DNA of 64,000 nt from an uncultured beta proteobacterium (lineage in GTDB: Bacteria > Pseudomonadota > Gammaproteobacteria > Burkholderiales > SG8-41), in contig CAITMU010000108.1 of assembly GCA_903893565.1 (NCBI GenBank), forward strand, positions 24,415 to 88,414, in the 5' to 3' direction. The notes beneath the pieces are model-generated. The model worked only from the letters and a program-made list of their open reading frames with translations, searched no databases and had not been told where the DNA came from. Within the stretch, counting starts at the first letter, position 1; each line of letters begins with the position of its first letter. Below are positions 48,379-58,923 of the stretch, piece by piece. The translations under genes and the position numbers were made by a program.

Positions 48379-49923
48379 ATGAACTCGCCCTTAGCGACGA
48401 CCCCGGTCTTTACCCAAGATCGGAAAAAAACTATTTCGGTTTTGACTCTCGCGTTTATAGCAGGTGCTTTGACGGTTTGCGGATTTGCCCCCTTTCACGT
48501 TTACGTTATCCCTTTTTTTAGTCTCGCAATCCTCTTTCAGTTGTGGCGTCACGCACCCACGACGCGTTTGGCTTTTCTAACGGGCTGGTATTTTGGGTTT
48601 GGTTTTTTTCTATTGGGTGTGTCTTGGATTTATGTCAGCTTACACACCTTTGGTAGCATGCCGGCCCCATTGGCGGGACTGGCCACTGTGCTCTTTTGTG
48701 CTTTTTTAGCCCTTTTTCCTGCTGTAGCCGGTTTTCTGGTGGCCTGGCGCCGCCCCTCCCCAATCATTTTATTCACTTTGACCGCTCCGGCCCTTTGGAC
48801 TGTATTAGAGTGGATGCGAAGCTGGGTTTTCACGGGCTTTCCTTGGTTAAGCTTAGGCTATAGTCAAGTCTCAGAAAGTCCTTTGGCAGGATTGGCCCCG
48901 GTAGGCGGGGTATTTTTGGTCAGTTTATTACTCTGCCTGAGTGCTGGACTAATCGCACTCGCTTGGGAAAAAAAATCCCAGGCTATTTATCCTTTGGCTC
49001 TTTTAATGGGCCTTCTTTTCATAAGTTGGAATTTAAAATCAATACAGTGGACTCAACCCACCGGAACCGTCACTACCGTGAGCCTACTGCAAGGCAATCG
49101 TCTACAAGATGAAAAATGGCGGCCCGAAAACCTCATTACAACCCTCAAGCTATACCGTGATATGGTTTTGCAAAGTCACAGCCAACTGATTGTTATGCCT
49201 GAAACCGCCTTACCGGTTTTTTTGCACCAACTGCCCCCTGGCTACATTGAGCAACTCGCAGAGCATGCTCAACATCAACAAGGTGCGGTGTTAGTCGGCA
49301 CCGTCGAACAAACGGGCGCTGGGGTATATTTCAACAGCCTTGTTGCTCTGGGTGCCTCCTCACGCCCAGCCTATCGTAAAACCCATTTAGTGCCTTTTGG
49401 GGAATATATACCGCTACGACCACTGTGGGGGTGGATTGTTGGGCTATTGGCCATTCCCTTACAAGACATGTCACGCGGAGCCTCCAACGCGCAACCTTTA
49501 TTCATTGCCGGTCAATGGGTTGCGCTCAATATTTGCTATGAAGATGCCTTTGGGGATGAAATTCGTCGTCAATTACCTCTGGCCACCGTCTTGATCAATG
49601 CGAGCAACGTTGCCTGGTTTGGCCACTCCATCGCTCCACAGCAGCATCTACAAATTTCACAAATGCGGGCACTCGAAACAGGCCGCTTTATGCTTCGGGC
49701 AACCAATACCGGATTAACCGCCATCATCAACAACCAAGGCCAAGTGGTTTCGGCCGCTCCAGAATTTACCACCACTCGCTTAACCGGATCGGTCCCGGGC
49801 TTTAAAGGTGTTACCCCTTTCGTGCGCTGGGGCGATCAATTGCCCATCCTCATATCCATTTTTCTATGGTTGTCGGGATTTTTACTTCATCGTTACGCGC
49901 ATCGACCAACTTCTCCTCTCTAA
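48379..49923 (+). CDS. lnt: apolipoprotein N-acyltransferase
   Basis: 514 aa with multi-TM N-terminal segments, a CN-hydrolase domain (VMPE, ICYE) and the conserved position after corC. Confidence 0.9.
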   Translation: MNSPLATTPVFTQDRKKTISVLTLAFIAGALTVCGFAPFHVYVIPFFSLAILFQLWRHAPTTRLAFLTGWYFGFGFFLLGVSWIYVSLHTFGSMPAPLAGLATVLFCAFLALFPAVAGFLVAWRRPSPIILFTLTAPALWTVLEWMRSWVFTGFPWLSLGYSQVSESPLAGLAPVGGVFLVSLLLCLSAGLIALAWEKKSQAIYPLALLMGLLFISWNLKSIQWTQPTGTVTTVSLLQGNRLQDEKWRPENLITTLKLYRDMVLQSHSQLIVMPETALPVFLHQLPPGYIEQLAEHAQHQQGAVLVGTVEQTGAGVYFNSLVALGASSRPAYRKTHLVPFGEYIPLRPLWGWIVGLLAIPLQDMSRGASNAQPLFIAGQWVALNICYEDAFGDEIRRQLPLATVLINASNVAWFGHSIAPQQHLQISQMRALETGRFMLRATNTGLTAIINNQGQVVSAAPEFTTTRLTGSVPGFKGVTPFVRWGDQLPILISIFLWLSGFLLHRYAHRPTSPL

Positions 49924-49965
49924 GTAAAATCCCTGTACAATTCTTTCTTTGACTTTGGTTTACCT

Positions 49966-50910
49966 ATGCGCTCCTTCCAACAACTCATTCTCACCTTAAA
50001 CCATTACTGGGACCGACATCACTGCGCCCTACTGCAATCCTATGATATGGAGGTTGGGGCAGGCACCTTTCACACGGCGACCTTTTTAAGAGCCATTGGT
50101 CCTGAACCCTGGAAAGCGGCCTACGTACAACCCTCACGACGACCCAAAGACGGTCGGTATGGTGAGAACCCTAATCGCTTACAGCACTACTATCAATATC
50201 AGGTCGTTCTGAAACCCTCTCCTTCCAATATTCTGGACCTCTACCTTGGCTCACTAAAAGAAATTGGTATCAATCCCCAAGAGCATGACATTCGGTTTGT
50301 GGAAGACGATTGGGAATCACCCACACTCGGCGCCTGGGGGCTTGGCTGGGAGGTTTGGTTAGATGGCATGGAAGTCACGCAATTTACCTACTTTCAGGAA
50401 GTGGGGGGTATTGCCTGTAAACCGATCATGGGAGAAATCACCTATGGACTTGAACGCCTAGCCATGTATCTTCAGGGCGTAGACAGCGTCTACGATCTGC
50501 AATGGGCCCCAGGAGTGAGCTACCGAGATGTCTTCCACCAGAACGAAGTGGAACAATCCACCTTTAACTTTGAACACGCCAATGTGGAGTTTCTCCTACA
50601 GCAATTTGGTCAATTTGAATCAGAAGCCAAACGACTATTTGCTCTAGGATTAGCTCTGCCTGGTTATGAAATGGTCATGAAATGCTCCCACAGCTTTAAT
50701 TTACTGGATGCACGTGGGGCCATTTCCGTCACGGAAAGAGCCGCTTATATCGGCCGCGTACGCGCAATCGCCCGATTAGCAGCACAAGCCTACTACGAGT
50801 CGCGCAAACGACGGGGCTTCGAAAGAGCCAGCGAAGAGTCCCTCAAAGCCTACCTATCTAGCGAGGAGCTCGAACAAGCCCTAGCAGCACGGACAGGAGC
50901 ACACTCATGA
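49966..50910 (+). CDS. glyQ: glycine--tRNA ligase alpha subunit
   Basis: FQ.LIL.L..YW....[33 protein letters not shown]. Confidence 0.95.
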   Translation: MRSFQQLILTLNHYWDRHHCALLQSYDMEVGAGTFHTATFLRAIGPEPWKAAYVQPSRRPKDGRYGENPNRLQHYYQYQVVLKPSPSNILDLYLGSLKEIGINPQEHDIRFVEDDWESPTLGAWGLGWEVWLDGMEVTQFTYFQEVGGIACKPIMGEITYGLERLAMYLQGVDSVYDLQWAPGVSYRDVFHQNEVEQSTFNFEHANVEFLLQQFGQFESEAKRLFALGLALPGYEMVMKCSHSFNLLDARGAISVTERAAYIGRVRAIARLAAQAYYESRKRRGFERASEESLKAYLSSEELEQALAARTGAHS

Positions 50911-53030
50911 AAAGTCTGCCCCTTCTTGTAGAGCTCGTCACTGAAGAATTGCCCCCCAAAGCACTTCAAAAACTCAGCCAAGCTTTTGCTCACCATCTCA
51001 CGCAAATGCTCACCGCTCAAGGCTTAGTGGCTCAAGACAGCGTGAGTGAGATATTTGCGACGCCTCGGCGTTTAGCCGTTCGCCTTTCAAAAGTATTCGA
51101 GCAGGCGCCGGACCGTTTGGTCGATGAACGTTTATTACCGGAAAAAGTCGGGCTCGATAGCTCGGGGCACGCAACCCCTGCACTACTAAAAAAATTAGCG
51201 GGCCTGGGGTTAGATGATAGTGTTATCGGATCGCTTAAAAAAATCCATGACGGCAAGCTCACCCTGCTGTATTTAACACAAACCGTGGTCGGACAAACCT
51301 TGCCCGTCGGGCTTCTCAGCGCTTTGGATAAGACACTTTTAAGTCTGCCAATTCCCAAGCTCATGAGCTATCAATTGGACCACAGTACTGAAACCATTAA
51401 ATTTGTTCGCCCGGCTCATGGCCTTATCGCTTTACATGGAAGCCATGTCGTAGCGGTACGTGCGTTAGGTTTGGATTCAACTCGTCGCACCTTTGGTCAT
51501 CGTTTTTTGGGTGAAACCGAATTTTTAATCGATGACGCCATGAGCTATGAGACTCAGCTTCACGACCAAGGCAAAGTGATTGCTTCGTTTGAAAAACGAC
51601 GGGAACTCATTCAATCTTTATTGACCCAACAAGCGCAACAACTTAACTGCCAATTGGGCGATTACCAAACACTGCTTGACGAGGTTTGTGCTCTAGTGGA
51701 GTGGCCTGCCGTTTATGTGGCGAGCTTTGATACTGAATTTTTAAAAATTCCTCAAGAGTGCCTGATACTCACCATGCGCACGAACCAAAAATATTTTCCC
51801 TTATTCGATGCGCAGGGTAAATTAATTGAAAAGTTTTTGTTAGTCAGCAATATGAGCGTCAAAGAACCCAAACCCATCATTGAAGGCAATCAAAAAGTAG
51901 TGCGTCCCCGGTTAGCCGATGCACGGTTTTTCTACGAGCAAGATCGAAAGCACTCCCTCGCCTCCCGTGTCCCGCGCTTAGCCCAAGTGGTCTATCACAA
52001 CCAACTCGGCACACAACTGGAGCGGGTCGAGCGGCTCAAGAAACTAGCCGGACTTATCGCCGCTCTTCTGGGAACTGATGTGAACCAGAGCGAACGGGCC
52101 GCTTGGCTTGCCAAGGCGGATCTTTTAACCGGTATGGTTGGAGAGTTTCCAGAGCTTCAAGGTCTCATGGGGCGCTACTACGCGCAACATGACAAGGAGC
52201 CTGACGTGGTATGTGAGGCGATAGCTGAACACTATCTACCCCGATTTGCAGGGGATGTTTTGCCCTCCAGTTCTGTTGCCTGTGCCGTGGCTCTAGCAGA
52301 CAAGCTCGACACACTCGTAGGAATTTTCGGTACGGGCCATCTGCCTAGTGGAGATAAAGACCCGTTTGCTTTGCGCCGACTAGCGCTGGGAATCGTGCGC
52401 ATTCTGGTCGAACGTGAACTGCCTGTCTCGATTCTAAGTCTCTTGGATCTGGCTCATAAAAATTTCCCGCCAAATATTTTACTCTCCCATCATCCTCAAT
52501 TACATCAAATGTCTAATGTCGAGGCGGTTCATGTTTTTATCATTGAACGAGCCAAGAGCTATCTGCGCGAACGTGATTATGGAGCACTCGAAGTGGAATC
52601 GGTCATGGACTTATCCCCCCTACCCTTAGAATATAAGGGGCGTTTAAATGCGACTCGGGAATTTCTTGCCCTACCCGAAGCGGCAGGGCTTGCACAGGCT
52701 GACAAACGAATTCGACATATTCTCAGCAAATCATCGGCGAGCACCGCAGCGCATCGGGTTGAGGAATCCGATTTGATTGAAAGCGCAGAAAAACAACTGC
52801 TCACAATAACCCGTGAACTACAAATTAAAGTCAATGCCCTGCTAGAAGTAGGTCAGTTTACCCAGGCCCTGCGTCTAACGGCTCAATTACATCATCCAGT
52901 CACCACTTTTTTTGATCAAGTGCTGGTCAATGCAAAGGACCCACAACTTCGTCTTCATCGCTTTTCGCTTTTACAGGAAGTGCTGGAACTGACCAACCGG
53001 GTTACCAACCTCTCCAAACTCGCTCTATGA
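50907..53030 (+). CDS. glyS: glycine--tRNA ligase beta subunit
   Basis: 707 aa opening with LLVEL.TEELPPK. It overlaps glyQ by 4 nt. Confidence 0.93.
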   Translation: MKSLPLLVELVTEELPPKALQKLSQAFAHHLTQMLTAQGLVAQDSVSEIFATPRRLAVRLSKVFEQAPDRLVDERLLPEKVGLDSSGHATPALLKKLAGLGLDDSVIGSLKKIHDGKLTLLYLTQTVVGQTLPVGLLSALDKTLLSLPIPKLMSYQLDHSTETIKFVRPAHGLIALHGSHVVAVRALGLDSTRRTFGHRFLGETEFLIDDAMSYETQLHDQGKVIASFEKRRELIQSLLTQQAQQLNCQLGDYQTLLDEVCALVEWPAVYVASFDTEFLKIPQECLILTMRTNQKYFPLFDAQGKLIEKFLLVSNMSVKEPKPIIEGNQKVVRPRLADARFFYEQDRKHSLASRVPRLAQVVYHNQLGTQLERVERLKKLAGLIAALLGTDVNQSERAAWLAKADLLTGMVGEFPELQGLMGRYYAQHDKEPDVVCEAIAEHYLPRFAGDVLPSSSVACAVALADKLDTLVGIFGTGHLPSGDKDPFALRRLALGIVRILVERELPVSILSLLDLAHKNFPPNILLSHHPQLHQMSNVEAVHVFIIERAKSYLRERDYGALEVESVMDLSPLPLEYKGRLNATREFLALPEAAGLAQADKRIRHILSKSSASTAAHRVEESDLIESAEKQLLTITRELQIKVNALLEVGQFTQALRLTAQLHHPVTTFFDQVLVNAKDPQLRLHRFSLLQEVLELTNRVTNLSKLAL

Positions 53031-53560
53031 AACTCGTGATTCTTGATCGCGATGGGGTTATTAACCACGACAGCACCGCCTACATCAAGTCACCGGACGA
53101 ATGGCGTCCCATCGCGGGCAGTCTGGATGCAATTGCTCGGTTAAATCAATCGGGCTTTCATGTGGCACTTGCCACCAATCAGGCCGGATTAGGACGAGGT
53201 CTTTTTGATATGGGCACATTAAACGCCATTCATACCAAAATGCATCTACTGCTCTCACAAGTCGGTGGGCACATCGATGCTATCTTCTTTTGTCCTCACC
53301 GGGCTGATGATCACTGCGACTGTAGGAAGCCTAAAACGGGGCTTCTTGAAGATATTGCACAACGCTTTAATACTTCACTTAAAAATGTACCCCTGATTGG
53401 CGATAGTCTGCGAGACCTTCAAGCAGCAGAAGCGGCGGGTGCCACCCCGATACTCGTATTAACCGGCAATGGCAAAAAAACACAGCTTGACCCCCTCATG
53501 CCTCGCAATACCCGCATTTACCCCGATTTAGCTGCTGCCGTCAGCGCGCTTGTGGAGTAG
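53027..53560 (+). CDS. gmhB: D-glycero-beta-D-manno-heptose-1,7-bisphosphate 7-phosphatase
   Basis: HAD motif ILDRDGVIN, the Zn-binding C..H....C.CRKP and GDS.RD. Confidence 0.88.
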   Translation: MKLVILDRDGVINHDSTAYIKSPDEWRPIAGSLDAIARLNQSGFHVALATNQAGLGRGLFDMGTLNAIHTKMHLLLSQVGGHIDAIFFCPHRADDHCDCRKPKTGLLEDIAQRFNTSLKNVPLIGDSLRDLQAAEAAGATPILVLTGNGKKTQLDPLMPRNTRIYPDLAAAVSALVE

Positions 53561-53565
53561 GACAG

Positions 53566-54294
53566 GTGCTGTGTCTCTTACGATCTCTAGTTTTTTTAGC
53601 CCTTCAGATTGTGATAACCCCGGTGTTTACTCTGATTGCACTCATTTGCTGCCCGCTACCCGCCTTGGTTCGCTACCAAGTCATATCCTGTTGGTCGAAA
53701 ATATTAATTGTCGCCCTTCAATACATCTGTGGAATTCGTTATGAGGTATTCGGTCGTGAAAACATTCCTACCCAACCTTGTATCATCCTTTGCAAACACC
53801 AATCCGCCTGGGAGACCTTGGCCTTACAAAGCATATTCCCTCCCCAAGTCTGGGTTTTGAAAAAAGAATTACTTTGGATCCCTTTTTTTGGATGGGGCTT
53901 AGCTACTTTATCCCCAATAGCCATCAACCGGCGCGCCGGAACAAAAGCGTTAAAACATATGGCAATCGAAGGGAAGAAAAGATTAGCGGCTGGGTTTTTT
54001 ATTGTCATTTTCCCTGAAGGTACGCGCGTGGCCCCTGGCACACGCATCCCCTATCAGCCTGGCGGCGCTTGGTTAGCTCGCAAAACCAACTGCCCAGTGG
54101 TGCCCGTTGCACATAATGCAGGAACCTGCTGGCCAAAAAATGCCCTGATCAAATATCCTGGGGTGATTCGCGTCTATATCGGCAAACCCATCGATCCGAC
54201 AGGGCTCAGTACCGATGCGCTTCTATATCAAGTAGAAAATTGGATCGAAGAAAAAATGTTAACGCTATCGCCTCATGCAAAGCCTCCTGCATAA
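53566..54294 (+). CDS. plsC: 1-acyl-sn-glycerol-3-phosphate acyltransferase
   Basis: Acyltransferase motifs: the H....D block is present as KHQSAWE, and FPEGTR is present. GTG start. Confidence 0.83.
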   Translation: MLCLLRSLVFLALQIVITPVFTLIALICCPLPALVRYQVISCWSKILIVALQYICGIRYEVFGRENIPTQPCIILCKHQSAWETLALQSIFPPQVWVLKKELLWIPFFGWGLATLSPIAINRRAGTKALKHMAIEGKKRLAAGFFIVIFPEGTRVAPGTRIPYQPGGAWLARKTNCPVVPVAHNAGTCWPKNALIKYPGVIRVYIGKPIDPTGLSTDALLYQVENWIEEKMLTLSPHAKPPA

Positions 54295-55036
54295 TCAACT
54301 GGAATTGCCTTTCCCGACATTGTCCCCCGCGGCTGTGATACCTGCCGCCTTGGTGCTGGACGGTCAATTAATCTCTTACGTGCTTCATCGCAGTCGCGGC
54401 AGGCGACGTATAGGGCTTTCTATCGATGAGCGTGGACTTCGCGTTGGCGCCCCCCTCAGTGCCTCTAAAAGTGCCATTGAAGTTGTATTAATCGCTCATA
54501 CTCGCTGGATTCTTGATCATCTGGCGCAGTGGAAAGACAAAAAAAAAGTGCAGCGCTCCTGGGTCAGTGGGGAGAACCTGATGGTATTGGGTCGGTCCCT
54601 TGAATTGATCATTACTGAAGGCCCCCAACGGATCCTTCAGTGCGATCACCAACTCCAGGTCCACACCCCTCACGCCACTCCCGAACACATTGCCACCCTT
54701 GTTTTGGGTTGGTTGCGTCAATTGGCTTTGTCCGACTTTGCCCAAAGAGTGGATCACTATGGACAAAAAATGCAACTCAACCCTACTGACATTCATTTAT
54801 CTAACGCCCGTTCTCGTTGGGGCAGTTGCCATGCCAGTGGTCGAATACAACTGAATTGGCGACTGATCCATTTGCCTACACGTCTGATCGATTACGTTGT
54901 GGTCCATGAGTTAGCGCATTTACGCGAAATGAATCACTCCCCTGCATTTTGGGCGAGAGTTGCCACACAAATCCCTGATTTTCTGGCGCGCCGACGTGAA
55001 ATTCGTCGCGATGCCCACCGTTTCCTCATCGATTAA
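54275..55036 (+). CDS. YgjP-like (DUF45/M48-type) metal-dependent hydrolase
   Basis: RWGSC.....I.LN..L...P....DYVVVHELAHL.E.NHS..FW. Confidence 0.8.
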   Translation: MQSLLHNQLELPFPTLSPAAVIPAALVLDGQLISYVLHRSRGRRRIGLSIDERGLRVGAPLSASKSAIEVVLIAHTRWILDHLAQWKDKKKVQRSWVSGENLMVLGRSLELIITEGPQRILQCDHQLQVHTPHATPEHIATLVLGWLRQLALSDFAQRVDHYGQKMQLNPTDIHLSNARSRWGSCHASGRIQLNWRLIHLPTRLIDYVVVHELAHLREMNHSPAFWARVATQIPDFLARRREIRRDAHRFLID

Positions 55037-55091
55037 TACTCTGAGCCCATGCTACACTGAAAAAAACTAACGGTTACACCACTCCTTTTTT

Positions 55092-55280
55092 ATGAATATC
55101 CTTGTCCATCGTCACATTGTTGTCCTCGTGAGCTTATTTTTCTGCTTCTGCCTTACGAATTGTGGCCACAAAACGCCATTGAGTTTACCCAATCCCAGCG
55201 CTGGGCCTAGAACCGTGTCAGCTCCACCCCCTACCCCTCAGCCTCCTCCTTCTTTCGCGCCAGTGCCCCCCTCACCATGA
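55092..55280 (+). CDS. small lipoprotein (LptM/YifL-like) preceding lysA
   Basis: 62 aa. The lipobox LTNC is followed by GHKTPL, which resembles the CG.KGPL signature. The tail is Pro-rich. It overlaps lysA by 4 nt. Confidence 0.55.
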   Translation: MNILVHRHIVVLVSLFFCFCLTNCGHKTPLSLPNPSAGPRTVSAPPPTPQPPPSFAPVPPSP

Positions 55281-56527
55281 GCCCATCGCCCTTTGCTGCC
55301 TCCTCCTTCATGATCGAGGGCATAAGTGCCCTTGAAATCGCCCAGTTGTATGGCACCCCCTGCTACGTTTACTCACGCGCAGCGCTCACTCAGTCGTATC
55401 AGAAGTTTGCCGCCGCCTTCACAACCCACCCTGCCCTCATTTGCTTTGCGGTTAAGTCCAATCCGAATTTGGCAGTACTGAATTTATTTGCCCGACTGGG
55501 CAGTGGTTTTGATATTGTTTCAGGCGGAGAGCTAAGCCGTGTTTTGGCCGCAGGCGGTAGCGCACAAAAAGTGGTTTTCTCCGGAGTAGGAAAATCTCGT
55601 GCTGAGATCACTCAAGCACTCTTGGCCGGTATTTTATGTTTTAACGTTGAATCGGCTGCAGAACTCGACAGAATCAATGAGATTGCTGGCAAATTGCAAA
55701 TGAGGGCGCCCGTAAGCTTGCGAGTCAACCCTGATGTAGATGCTAAAACTCACCCCTACATCGCCACAGGACTCAAAGAAAGCAAGTTTGGTGTCGCTTT
55801 TAACGAAGCCATTGCGCTCTACCAAAGGGCAAAGACACTCAAAAATCTCACCATTAAAGGCATTGATTGCCATATTGGTTCTCAACTAACCGATATTGCT
55901 CCCTTTTTGGCTGCCACCGATCGAGTCTTGGCGCTTGTCGATGCCTTACGCGAGCATGGGATAGAACTTTCTCATATCGATTTAGGCGGCGGCTTAGGCA
56001 TTCCTTACGAAACACACGAGTCTGCCCCTCCGATTGAAAAGTATGCAAGTGCCATACTTGAAAAAATGTCTGGCCGTAAAGAATCTCTGATTTTTGAACC
56101 AGGTCGCTATCTCACAGGCAATGCCGGTTTTTTATTAACTCAAGTCGAATACCTCAAAGAAGGACAAGATCGCCACTTTGCCATTGTAAATGCAGCGATG
56201 AATGACTTGATGAGACCTGCGCTTTACAGTGCGTGGCATGACATTATTCCCGCACAAACTCGAGATCAGCCTGAAAAAATCTGGGACATTGTTGGTCCTG
56301 TCTGTGAAAGCGGCGATTTTCTAGGCCGCTCACGCAGTCTTGCGCTAATGGAGGGCGACTTATTGGTCATTCGCTCTGCAGGCGCCTATGGTATGAGCAT
56401 GAGCTCAAACTACAACACGCGCCCACGCGCGGCAGAAGTCATGATCGATGGCAAGAATCACCATCTCATACGCGAACGCGAAAAGATTAATGATCTTTTT
56501 AGCGGCGAATTTTGTTTACCCTTGTAA
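55277..56527 (+). CDS. lysA: diaminopimelate decarboxylase
   Basis: 416 aa with the PLP Lys motif (FAVKSN), plus GGGLGI, CESGD and GAYG. Confidence 0.93.
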   Translation: MSPSPFAASSFMIEGISALEIAQLYGTPCYVYSRAALTQSYQKFAAAFTTHPALICFAVKSNPNLAVLNLFARLGSGFDIVSGGELSRVLAAGGSAQKVVFSGVGKSRAEITQALLAGILCFNVESAAELDRINEIAGKLQMRAPVSLRVNPDVDAKTHPYIATGLKESKFGVAFNEAIALYQRAKTLKNLTIKGIDCHIGSQLTDIAPFLAATDRVLALVDALREHGIELSHIDLGGGLGIPYETHESAPPIEKYASAILEKMSGRKESLIFEPGRYLTGNAGFLLTQVEYLKEGQDRHFAIVNAAMNDLMRPALYSAWHDIIPAQTRDQPEKIWDIVGPVCESGDFLGRSRSLALMEGDLLVIRSAGAYGMSMSSNYNTRPRAAEVMIDGKNHHLIREREKINDLFSGEFCLPL

Positions 56528-56838
56528 AAATTTTTCGCTAACATCGCATCACGACTCAAAAAAACATCCTTCGAATAAGAAAATAAATCCCTTATTGCTT
56601 TTATATTCGTCTCAAAAATCTTGAATGTTGTACGAATGCGACATAAAAGATCATTTTTATAAAAAAAAGTCAATAAAGTTGTTGCAATTTTTTTATACTG
56701 TGGAATAAAATCCACACACCATGCATGGATTCGTTGTGCATCACGTGTCAAAGCGTGTACGTTCTTCGGTTTATGAATGGTGTTGCGGAAAAATATCCGC
56801 AGCAAAAAATGCCAAAGTTAACTAAAAAGGAGACTCAC

Positions 56839-56904
56839 ATGGCAGCAAAGAAAAAAGCAGCTAAGAAAAAAGTAGCTAAGAAAAAAGTAGCTAAGAAGAA
56901 GTAG
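56839..56904 (+). CDS. 21-aa Lys/Ala-rich micro-ORF (MAAKKKAAKKKVAKKKVAKKK)
   Basis: AAGGAG lies 6 nt upstream of the ATG, and a strong intrinsic terminator lies 13 nt after the TAG. A 15-nt in-frame tandem unit GCTAAGAAAAAAGTA occurs twice. The first 18 nt match the SWIB gene 5' end at 17 of 18 positions. Confidence 0.5.
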   Translation: MAAKKKAAKKKVAKKKVAKKK

Positions 56905-56917
56905 TTGTAGTTTAACG

Positions 56918-56951
56918 ACGGGGACTGGAACTTTCAGTCCCCGTTGTTTTT
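56918..56951 (+). terminator. intrinsic terminator of the micro-ORF transcript
   Basis: ACGGGGACTG-GAACTTT-CAGTCCCCGT, a perfect 10-bp stem, followed by TGTTTTT. Confidence 0.8.
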
Positions 56952-57404
56952 GGTGCAGGCCTCCCCTGCAAGCGCCTCTTCATCTTTACAATCATTCTGA
57001 ATCATTCCTTCAGGGTTTGACCCTAAAGTCTTTTTTTTCAAACTCTGACTCGCCGTCATCTCTTCGGCCTTCATAGCTTACTCTGTATTGCCCTTGATGC
57101 GCCTTTTCGGCTTCGATTGCATTGTGCATAGGCAAGTTATCCTCAGGTCCACCTGATACTGCATCAAATTCATGGGCCTTGGTCTTTACCCTTCGCGTTT
57201 TTTCAGAGGCACGGCCCACTTCAGTTAAGCTCTTTTATGAGTGGTGAAAATCAAAAGAGAACATTTTGGGAGATACTGTTGGGCTTTTCTACCGATGGCC
57301 CCTAGATTAGCAAGGGCTTAAGGGCAAGAAAGAGGCACTCCAACGAAGGCGCGGATGGCAGAAGTAGGTTTCTTGTCATCGGTTGATGCCCGATGCAACA
57401 CCCT

Positions 57405-58847
57405 TCAAACTAAAAACAATGTGGCTAATCCCAGAAAAATAAAAAAACCACCACTATCCGTGATGGCTGTGATCATCACGCTTGAGCCCACAGCAGGGTC
57501 TTTACCCAGTTTATCCATCGTCATTGGGATCAATACCCCCATAAAAGCTGCTAACAATAAATTTAACATCATCGCCAGCATCATCACCAAGCCTAAATGC
57601 CAATTATGGTAGATCAAAAAGGCAAATACACCCACCACTCCACCCCAAATCAAACCATTTAATGCACTCACACTCAATTCTTTAGCAAAAAGCTTTGCCG
57701 CGTTATCACGCGTGATCTGCCCCAACGCGAGCGCTCGAACGATCATGGTAATGGTCTGATTACCTGAATTACCACCAATGCCAGCAATAATCGGCATTAA
57801 AGCGGCTAACGCTACCAATTTGGCAATCGAGCCTTCAAACAATCCGATGACCCTAGAGGCCATAAATGCAGTACAAAGATTAATCGCAAGCCATGCCCAA
57901 CGGTTACGCACGCTCTTCCATACCGAGGCAAAAATATCCTCATCTTCTTGCAAACCGCCGGCGCTCAACATTTCGCTATCGGTTTTCTCGCGCATGTAGT
58001 CAACGACTGCATTGACCGTCATACGCCCTACCAAGGCGCCACTGTCATCCACCACAGGGGCAGAGACCAAATCATAACGTTCGAAGGCAGAGGCCGCCTC
58101 TGCAGCCTCCTCATCGGCGTTAAATTGAACAAACTCACGTGTCATGACCGTACCGACCGTCACGTCCGGGTCCGTTACCAAAAGCCGATTAATGGGCACT
58201 AAACCTTGCAGCTTTTGTTCCCGATCGACAACGAAGAGCTGATCGGTGTGGTCGGGCAATTCATCCAATCGCCTCAGATAACGCAACACCACCTCGAGCG
58301 TGACATCCTCACGGATTTCTACCATATCAAAATCCATTAAAGCCCCTACCGTATCCTCCGGATAGGACATCGCCTCACGCAGTTGTTCGCGCTCCTCAGG
58401 TGGCAGCAAACGAAACACATCGGCAATCACTTCACTGGGTAAATCAGGAGCCAAATCGGCAATTTCGTCGGTATCTAATTGCCCCGTGGCTGCCACAAGC
58501 TCATGATCATCCATGTGCTCAATGAGAGTTTCACGAACCGCATCAGACACTTCCAATAAAATCTCACCGTCCCGATCAGCTTTGACCAAATCCCACAGTG
58601 CCAATCGATCCTTTAGCGGCAAAGCCTCCAGGATATAAGCCACATCGGCCGGATGCATCGGGTCGAGCAGGGCTTGTAGTGAAGCGAGAATTTTTAAGGC
58701 AGCAGTATTTTGATCCCCAGAATGGCTTTGTTCCGGAGTCGCCTCATACCCCAAATCCGTTAACGACTGTCGCTCCTGCAGCAAAGCGGTGACGCGTTCA
58801 AGGGATTCGTAGATGTCGGGGCTATTATGGTTGCGGTCCGTTTCCAT
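57405..58847 (-). CDS. mgtE: magnesium transporter MgtE
   Basis: 480 aa with the MgtE N-domain, a CBS pair and a C-terminal 5-TM domain carrying GNSGNQ and D..G...F. Confidence 0.92.
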   Translation of the reverse strand: METDRNHNSPDIYESLERVTALLQERQSLTDLGYEATPEQSHSGDQNTAALKILASLQALLDPMHPADVAYILEALPLKDRLALWDLVKADRDGEILLEVSDAVRETLIEHMDDHELVAATGQLDTDEIADLAPDLPSEVIADVFRLLPPEEREQLREAMSYPEDTVGALMDFDMVEIREDVTLEVVLRYLRRLDELPDHTDQLFVVDREQKLQGLVPINRLLVTDPDVTVGTVMTREFVQFNADEEAAEAASAFERYDLVSAPVVDDSGALVGRMTVNAVVDYMREKTDSEMLSAGGLQEDEDIFASVWKSVRNRWAWLAINLCTAFMASRVIGLFEGSIAKLVALAALMPIIAGIGGNSGNQTITMIVRALALGQITRDNAAKLFAKELSVSALNGLIWGGVVGVFAFLIYHNWHLGLVMMLAMMLNLLLAAFMGVLIPMTMDKLGKDPAVGSSVMITAITDSGGFFIFLGLATLFLV

Positions 58848-58923
58848 ATCGGGAAATTACTCTGCCGCCCCACAATGGAGCAATAAGAATGTGTGCAATT
58901 CTAGGTCGATAGCGAGTATTTGT

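Noticed and set aside
56839-56904. The Lys-rich micro-ORF interpreted as a lysine-responsive attenuation leader for lysA.
   Set aside because: It lies downstream of lysA, not upstream. It is followed directly by a terminator with no alternative structure evident, and no plus-strand gene follows it. The leader-peptide model does not fit the geometry.
57355-57612. An 85-aa plus-strand ORF overlapping the 3' end of mgtE.
   Set aside because: It is antisense to the conserved MgtE transmembrane domain. It is a hydrophobic mirror translation and has no independent signals.
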